Of a stretch of 64,000 nucleotides of DNA, positions 57,877 to 64,000 are shown one piece after another. The stretch lies in contig CBDHCW010000010.1 of the NCBI GenBank assembly GCA_965261445.1, forward strand, positions 95,584 through 159,583. Reading direction: 5' to 3'. Both the position numbers and the translations under genes were made by a program. The DNA is from Dehalococcoidia bacterium. GTDB taxonomy: Bacteria > Chloroflexota > Dehalococcoidia > Lucifugimonadales > QGNO01. Within the stretch, counting starts at the first letter, position 1. Each line of letters begins with the position of its first letter. The notes beneath the pieces were generated by a model. It was not told the origin of the DNA. It worked only from the letters and a program-made list of their open reading frames with translations, and ran no database searches.

Positions 57877-59520
57877 ATGCCAAGAATGACCGGCGGTGAA
57901 GCTGTAGTCAGGGCGCTGGCGGCGGAAGGGGTTGAAGTGGTGTTCGGGCTGCCCGGGGTACAGATAATGCACATCTACGACGCTTTCTACAACAACCCGG
58001 ACATACGGGTGATCTCCTGCCGGCACGAACAGACCACGGCCTATATGGCCGACGGCTACGCCCGCTCAACGGGTAAAGTGGGAGTGGCGCTGGTGGTGCC
58101 CGGCCCCGGCGCTTACAACGCCGCGGCCGGCATGTCAGACGCTTACGCTGCGTCGTCACCGGTGCTGCTGATATCGGGTCAGATAGAGAGCAACGAGATA
58201 GGCAAGGACTTCGGGCAGCTCCATGAGATCACGGACCAGCTGGAGTTCATGAAACCGGTGGTGAAGTGGAATGACCTGGTGACAAGGGCAGAGGAGATCC
58301 CTGAAACTATCCACGAAGCCATGCGACAGATGAAGACAGGCAGGCCGCGTCCGGTTGAGGTGGAGATACCCCCCGATACGCTGGGGACGGTGGCGGACGT
58401 AGACCTGGTGGAGCCGGAGGCGTACATCAGACCGGCTCCCGACCCTGCTGTCATAGAAGCCGCCGCCAAGCTGATCGCCTCGGCGGAGAGGCCGTTGATC
58501 TGGGCCGGCGGCGGCGTGAACCTGGCCGATGCCGGCGCGGAGCTGACCCGCCTGGCCGAGCTGCTCCAAGCGCCGGTGATCAACACGGCCGAGGGCAAGG
58601 GCGCCATTCCTGAGACTCACTCGCTCTCCATGGGAACAACGGCTTACAGCTGGGGGCCGGGGGCGGAGATATTCCCCCAGGCGGACGTAGTCCTTTCCGT
58701 GGGCAGCAGACTGGGCAGCTACCGCCCGGAGCCGGGAACGACACCGCGAATTGACCAGAAGCTGATCAACCTGAACATAGACGAGACCGAGTTTGGCAAG
58801 ACGATGCCGGTTGAAATCGGTATCGCCGCCGACGCCAAAATAGGACTGAGCCGGCTTATAGCGGCGCTGCAGGGGCGTTCCATCCGCAACGGGTGGGACA
58901 GGGAACGGCTAGAGGAGATCAAGACAAGGACATTGAACAAGGTCAGAGAAGCAGGACCCAGGCAGGTGGACCTAGTGGAAAGCATAAGGGAAGCGGTGCC
59001 AGAGGACGGCTTCCTGATAGGCGGTATTACCAACATAGGCGCTTGGAGCTACCTGGCATACCCCGCTCTCAAGGAGCGCACCTTCATCACGTCGTCGTAC
59101 ATGGGGAACCTGGGGTTCGGCTTTCCCACCGCGCTGGGGGTGAAGGTAGGCAACCCGGACAAAGCGGTGGTGGCGTTGACGGGGGACGGCGGTTTCGCCT
59201 ATGCCATGGCGGACCTGGCCACGGCGGTCCAGTATGGAATCAACGTGGTAACAGTGGTCTTCAACAATGGCGGGTACGGGGCATCGTACCGGGACCAGCA
59301 CCGGCGGTTCGGAGGGCGGCTGGTGGGCACTGAACTGCACAACCCAGACTTTGTGCAGCTGGCGGAGAGCTTTGGAGCCAGGGGCGTAAAGGTGGCGCAT
59401 CTAGAGGACACGGGCTCCGCCATCAAAGACGCCCTTGCTGATAGCAGGCCGGTGGTGATAGAAGTGGCGCTGCCACCTGAACTCGACCCGCCGTACTATT
59501 TAGCGCCGCCCAGGGAATGA
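57877..59520 (+). CDS. Thiamine pyrophosphate-dependent enzyme, acetolactate synthase large subunit-like
   Basis: VFGLPG, RHEQ, PGPGAYN, GDGG...NN TPP motif. Confidence 0.88.
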   Translation: MPRMTGGEAVVRALAAEGVEVVFGLPGVQIMHIYDAFYNNPDIRVISCRHEQTTAYMADGYARSTGKVGVALVVPGPGAYNAAAGMSDAYAASSPVLLISGQIESNEIGKDFGQLHEITDQLEFMKPVVKWNDLVTRAEEIPETIHEAMRQMKTGRPRPVEVEIPPDTLGTVADVDLVEPEAYIRPAPDPAVIEAAAKLIASAERPLIWAGGGVNLADAGAELTRLAELLQAPVINTAEGKGAIPETHSLSMGTTAYSWGPGAEIFPQADVVLSVGSRLGSYRPEPGTTPRIDQKLINLNIDETEFGKTMPVEIGIAADAKIGLSRLIAALQGRSIRNGWDRERLEEIKTRTLNKVREAGPRQVDLVESIREAVPEDGFLIGGITNIGAWSYLAYPALKERTFITSSYMGNLGFGFPTALGVKVGNPDKAVVALTGDGGFAYAMADLATAVQYGINVVTVVFNNGGYGASYRDQHRRFGGRLVGTELHNPDFVQLAESFGARGVKVAHLEDTGSAIKDALADSRPVVIEVALPPELDPPYYLAPPRE

Positions 59521-59527
59521 ACACGCT

Positions 59528-60973
59528 ATGAGCGAAGAGGTCAAAACTCCTGCAAACCCAAGAGACGAGTTAAGACTTAAGCTACCCGAACCTGATGTGT
59601 CGGTAGACCAGCCCTGGGGTGACGATGTTCTCGGCCGGGTGGACATTGCTGGAAGACTAACCAACCTTATTCGAAATCAGTCAACGCCTTATGTCATCAG
59701 CATCCACGGCTATTGGGGAACAGGCAAGACTTTCTTGCTGAAACGTTGGCAGAAGGACCTGGAAAACCAGCAGTTCAGGGCTATCTACTTCAACGCTTGG
59801 GAAGACGACTTTTGCGATGACCCCCTCGTTGCGATACTTGGGCAATTATCCGAATACTTCAGAGAGGGAAGTCTCAAATCATTAGCCAATAAAGTTGGCG
59901 AAGTTGCGATGCCATTGATCTGGCAGAACATTCGAGGAGTTGCGGAGAAGCACACCGGTATGACCTTTGTTCTTGACCAAAGCAAGGGGAACCCACTAAA
60001 GAGCTACCTTTCTCAACGAGCAACGAAGGATGACCTAAAGAGATGCTTAACAGAAATGTCCGCCAAGGTCCGTTGTGAAACCGGGCACCCCATGGTCTTC
60101 ATCATTGATGAACTCGATCGATGCCGTCCAACATTTGCCATTGAGCTTTTGGAGAGAGTCAAACACATATTTGACGTCCCCAATCTGGTGTTCGTCTTTG
60201 GGATTAACCGAGACGAACTTTGCACGTCACTCGAGTCACTCTACGGGAACATTGATGCGACAGTCTATCTTCGACGCTTTTTTGATATGGAGTTTATACT
60301 GCCGGAAGTGGATTCAGTAACCTTTGGTAGCCATCTGATGCGGAAATATGAGTTGGGAAAATTCTTTGTTGCGCTAAGCAGAGATGCCAATAGCAAGTTA
60401 CACGCCGAGGATTTCGAGGTGTTGGACAAGTATTTTCCTGCGCTTTGGGGACACTTTGGTCTGTCACTGCGAGATATCGACCATTGCGTGAGGTCAATTG
60501 CTTTGGTTGGTAGGAACCTGGAACTGCGCCATTACATGTACCCTTGGCTGCTCGGCTTACTCATAACCCTCAAGCTCACGAATTCAACTCTGTATAGGCA
60601 GTTTAAGCAGGGCGACTGCCTTGGAAGCGAAGTAATGAACTACATCTACAAAGCAGCCGATCTTCAGAGAATAGATGGTAGCTCGGCACACGCGCTGAAT
60701 GTAATCGAAGCATTTCTATATCAACTAGAGGCCGGGTTTGATGGTTGGGCAGTTAACACACCAACTGCTTTGAGTCAGCTACAGCTCCTTGAAAATGGAC
60801 AGGAGTTGACTCATCCACAGTATCTGTCGAAGAGAACCATAGAAGGGGGTACCCAAAGAGCAGGCCGTCTAATTGATATAGCTCAATCTTGGAGAAGCTT
60901 GGATTTGGAATTTAGAGTTGTTAACTACCTGGCAGCTCTGATTGACCTTCATCAGGAACTGGTGAGGCGTTAG
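59528..60973 (+). CDS. KAP-family P-loop NTPase
   Basis: GYWGTGKT, FNAWEDD, FIIDELDRCRP, YLRRFFD; AT-richer than neighbours. Confidence 0.88.
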   Translation: MSEEVKTPANPRDELRLKLPEPDVSVDQPWGDDVLGRVDIAGRLTNLIRNQSTPYVISIHGYWGTGKTFLLKRWQKDLENQQFRAIYFNAWEDDFCDDPLVAILGQLSEYFREGSLKSLANKVGEVAMPLIWQNIRGVAEKHTGMTFVLDQSKGNPLKSYLSQRATKDDLKRCLTEMSAKVRCETGHPMVFIIDELDRCRPTFAIELLERVKHIFDVPNLVFVFGINRDELCTSLESLYGNIDATVYLRRFFDMEFILPEVDSVTFGSHLMRKYELGKFFVALSRDANSKLHAEDFEVLDKYFPALWGHFGLSLRDIDHCVRSIALVGRNLELRHYMYPWLLGLLITLKLTNSTLYRQFKQGDCLGSEVMNYIYKAADLQRIDGSSAHALNVIEAFLYQLEAGFDGWAVNTPTALSQLQLLENGQELTHPQYLSKRTIEGGTQRAGRLIDIAQSWRSLDLEFRVVNYLAALIDLHQELVRR

Positions 60974-61040
60974 GGTTATGCAAGAGACAACTTAAAGGTG
61001 GCACCATAAAGCACACCACAACCGTCCCAGAGATGAAACA

Positions 61041-61832
61041 ATGGTTAGATTATTCCCCAAACGGGCTGGAATAAGAGTAGTAGAGATACGCGGCATCATA
61101 GGCGCCAGCCTGCAAGCGTCCGTGTATCACGAGTTGCTGGACAGGCTGGAACGCGACCCCAAAGCGGGAGTCGTGGTGCTGGACATCGACTCTCCGGGGG
61201 GAGCGGTCAGCGCATCGGAGGACCTGTATCTGAAGGCAAAGCGCCTCTCAGAGAAGAAGCCGGTGGTGGCTTTCATCAGGGGCAGCGGCACTTCCGGAGC
61301 CTACCTACTGGCCTGCGCCGCCACCAGGATAATCGCGCTGCCCAGCGCCATAGTGGGTTCCATAGGCGTAATCTCCATGCGCCCCGAAGCTTCCGGCCTG
61401 TTGGACAGGCTGGGGATAGGCTTTTCGGTTAGCAAGAGCGGGCCGCTGAAGGATATGGGCGCGTTCTACAGGCCTCCCACCGACGATGAACGAGCCAAAT
61501 TGCAGACGCTGATCGACGAGCTGTTCGAGGCGTTTCTGGAAGAAGTGGCGAAGTCGCGGAAGATGGAACTGGACGAGGCGCGGAGATACGCCACTGGCGA
61601 GGTGTTCACAGCAAGACGCGCCGCGGAGACCAAGCTCATAGACGAGACGGGCGACTTCGAAAAGGCGCTGGACACGGCGGCTGAGCTTGGCAAGGTGCCG
61701 CGCCGCGTGAAGTACCTGAGGCCGCCCAGGACGTTCAGGCAGAGGATGCTGGGCCAGTTTGCTATGTGGTCGCTGGAGGCCGCCCTGGATGGGACAGAGG
61801 CGGCAAACGTGCCCAAGTTATGGTATCTGTGA
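61041..61832 (+). CDS. sppA: Signal peptide peptidase SppA (S49, short form)
   Basis: IDSPGG, TSGAY, GSIGV, KSGPLKD. Confidence 0.88.
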   Translation: MVRLFPKRAGIRVVEIRGIIGASLQASVYHELLDRLERDPKAGVVVLDIDSPGGAVSASEDLYLKAKRLSEKKPVVAFIRGSGTSGAYLLACAATRIIALPSAIVGSIGVISMRPEASGLLDRLGIGFSVSKSGPLKDMGAFYRPPTDDERAKLQTLIDELFEAFLEEVAKSRKMELDEARRYATGEVFTARRAAETKLIDETGDFEKALDTAAELGKVPRRVKYLRPPRTFRQRMLGQFAMWSLEAALDGTEAANVPKLWYL

Positions 61833-61909
61833 GGCACATGGGCGCGGAGATGACTAAGGGGCAGCACCTACAGGGGTTGCCGCTTCTTGGTATAATCCCG
61901 TGACTTGTA

Positions 61910-62632
61910 ATGCGGACAGTACAGGGGATTGCAACAGACGCCAAGAGGCTTGAGATTGACCTATTGCCCGGGCAGTTGGACAACTTTCAGGCCTATACCA
62001 AGGAGCTGCTGGATTGGAACCAGCGCGTCAACTTGACCGCCATCACGGAGCCCTTCCAAGTGGAGAGACTTCATTTCCTAGACTCGTTGACCGTGTCGCT
62101 GGCCTTGCCGGAGCAGGTCAAGTCTGGCGGGAGCCTGTGCGACGTGGGCAGCGGCGCCGGTTTCCCGGGCGTTCCTTTGAAAATAGCCTTCCCCGGCATC
62201 AAGCTCACGGTTGTGGACTCGGCGGCCAAGCGCACCGGTTTCCTGGAAAAGCTGGTATCCGTATTGGGTCTGGCGGACGTGGATGTGATCAACGGCAGAG
62301 CAGAGGACGTGGGACGGCGCTCTGAATTCAGGGAGAGGTTCGACGTTGTGGTGTCGCGGGCGGTGGCCGAAACGAGGGTACTTCTGGAGTACACCCTGCC
62401 CCTGTGCCGGGTAGGCGGCCTGGTGATAATGCAGAAGAAGGGAGATGTGCAAGAGGAGGTGGATCGTGCGTCGAGAGGCCTCCGGGAACTGGGGGGTGGA
62501 CGACTGAAGATGGTAGAGGTGCCGGAAGAGGTCCTGGAAGGGCAGCGAAAACTTGCCGTGGTAAAGAAAACATCGACGACGCCACCCGGGTATCCCAGGC
62601 GTACGGGGATTCCCGTCAAGAGGCCTTTGTGA
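61910..62632 (+). CDS. rsmG: 16S rRNA m7G527 methyltransferase
   Basis: WNQRVNLTAI, HFLDS, DVGSGAGFPG, SRAVA, YPRRTGIP. Confidence 0.95.
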   Translation: MRTVQGIATDAKRLEIDLLPGQLDNFQAYTKELLDWNQRVNLTAITEPFQVERLHFLDSLTVSLALPEQVKSGGSLCDVGSGAGFPGVPLKIAFPGIKLTVVDSAAKRTGFLEKLVSVLGLADVDVINGRAEDVGRRSEFRERFDVVVSRAVAETRVLLEYTLPLCRVGGLVIMQKKGDVQEEVDRASRGLRELGGGRLKMVEVPEEVLEGQRKLAVVKKTSTTPPGYPRRTGIPVKRPL

Positions 62633-62635
62633 GGC

Positions 62636-63707
62636 ATGGAGAACCAACATAGATTCATCTAAGCAACAGCCCAAGTTCTCTCTGAAGCGAAGGTTTTTCT
62701 CAGCACCAACGCTGATATCCTTTGTCCTGGCTTTTGTCATCATCTATTTTCTGGCTTCCCGCTTTTCGATCAATTTAGAGGCGACCTGGGACACCATCCG
62801 CAGCAGTAATCCGCTGCTCTATCTAGCGGCGATGCTGGTGCATTACACCACGTTCCTGTTCAGAGGAGCGCGCTGGCGGGTGCTGCTGGATAACGCTGGG
62901 GTGTCGCAGACGGCGGAGCTGCCTTCTGTCGTCGCTTCGGCAAGGCTGGTGCTGGTGGGATGGTTCACCAGCTCGGTGACGTGGTTTCGCATGGGCGACG
63001 CTTATCGCGCCTATGCCTACACGGAGGAAAGCGGCGCGCCACTGGCCCGCACCGGCGGAACCGTGCTGGCGGAACGGGTGATGGACGTGATGCTGGTCTT
63101 TATACTGCTGCTGGCTGGCTTCCTCCTGGTTACCCTTGATTCTGAAAACAGGCCTTCTCAACTGTTGATAGTGATAGGCTTTGTACTGGTGGCCTGTTCC
63201 TTGATGGGATTGCTGGCCATGCAGATATTCTGGAAACAGGCAGCGGCCTTACTGCCCAAGCGTATGCGCAGAGCGTACGTCAGCTTCCACCAGGGGACCA
63301 TGCGCAGCTTCAGGACACTGCCCCAGGTGGGTCTCTTTGGACTGCTGGGCTGGCTGTCAGAGGTAGGCCGGCTTTACCTGGTGGTCAGTGCAACGGGACT
63401 GGAGGTGGGCATTGGCCTCATTCTATTCGTCACCATTGCCAATGCGCTCCTCTCTGCGGTGCCCATCACGCCGGGCGGCCTGGGTATAGTGGAGTCCGGA
63501 ATCGCCGGTCTGCTGACGCTGGCGGTGGCCGAGGAGAGCGCGGTATCCATTGCCCTGCTGGACAGGTCCATCAGCTACCTCAGTGTAATCATCTTTGGAG
63601 CCGTGGCCCTGGCATACCATCAGCACCGGGTGGTCCAAAGATCCAGGAAACAGGCACAGACAAGCGAACAGCATTCCACAGGAAACGGGCACACGGACAG
63701 CCATTGA
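62636..63707 (+). CDS. Lysylphosphatidylglycerol synthase TM / flippase-like protein; N-terminal frameshift near 62642
   Basis: FRGARW, RMGDAYRAY, ERVMD, PITPGGLGIVE, DRSISY; frame stays open upstream of 62832 and joins ATG 62636 if one A is removed. Confidence 0.75.
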
Positions 63708-63839
63708 CTACCGCTTTTCTTTGTGCAATCCTTCCAGCGGAAAAGGGATGGGGCTTCCGGTTGCTACCCGTGACGTTCGCTCTGACCGTTCGTAGGTTGT
63801 GCATGGAAGAGAAGTACCCGACCGAAAAAAGAGGGAGCT

Positions 63840-64000
63840 ATGGGTAAGAGACTCTTTGTAGGCAACATGTCCTTCTCCATGACGGAGGAAGACCTGGAGT
63901 CGCTGTTTGGCGAGTACGGAGAGGTCGTTTCGGCGGCTGTTATCAGAGATAGAGAGAGCAACCGGCACCAGGGCTTCGGCTTCGTGGAGTTCACCTCGGA
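63840..64000 (+). CDS. RRM-domain RNA-binding protein (runs off right edge)
   Basis: MGKRLFVGNMSF (RNP2) ... QGFGFVEF (RNP1); GAGGGAG RBS. Confidence 0.85.
   Translation, partial: MGKRLFVGNMSFSMTEEDLESLFGEYGEVVSAAVIRDRESNRHQGFGFVEFTS

Overview
64 kb of a high-GC bacterial chromosome, most consistent with Chloroflexota/Dehalococcoidia (SAR202-like). This is inferred from the style of ClpC and EF-Tu, F420 ligase plus an LLM monooxygenase, tandem PuuE-like paralogs, MaoC-like and TPP enzymes, and Ni-SOD. Core content: an orphan 5S rRNA, rpsA-clpC-radA, tRNA-Thr/Tyr/Thr-tuf-rpmG-secE-nusG-rplK-rplA-rplJ-rplL, radC, DAHP synthase, sodN/sodX, a hem/siroheme cluster, apt, tRNA-Pro, a glycine-betaine ABC transporter, thrB, two GT2 enzymes, Lhr, rpsU-yqeY, sppA and rsmG. 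The most notable signal is an AT-richer cassette at 25.5-26.45 kb: a DUF3800-like (RNase H-fold acidic motif) gene converging on a promoter-driven, multi-stem ~95-nt RNA that overlaps its stop codon, a candidate protein-ncRNA system. Other findings: a Tyr/Phe leader-peptide attenuator before the DAHP synthase; an IS30 element inserted into a REP-like palindrome that supplies the transposase stop codon; three more promoter-bounded small-RNA candidates; a stand-alone KAP NTPase; and four single-base frameshifts that may be assembly errors.
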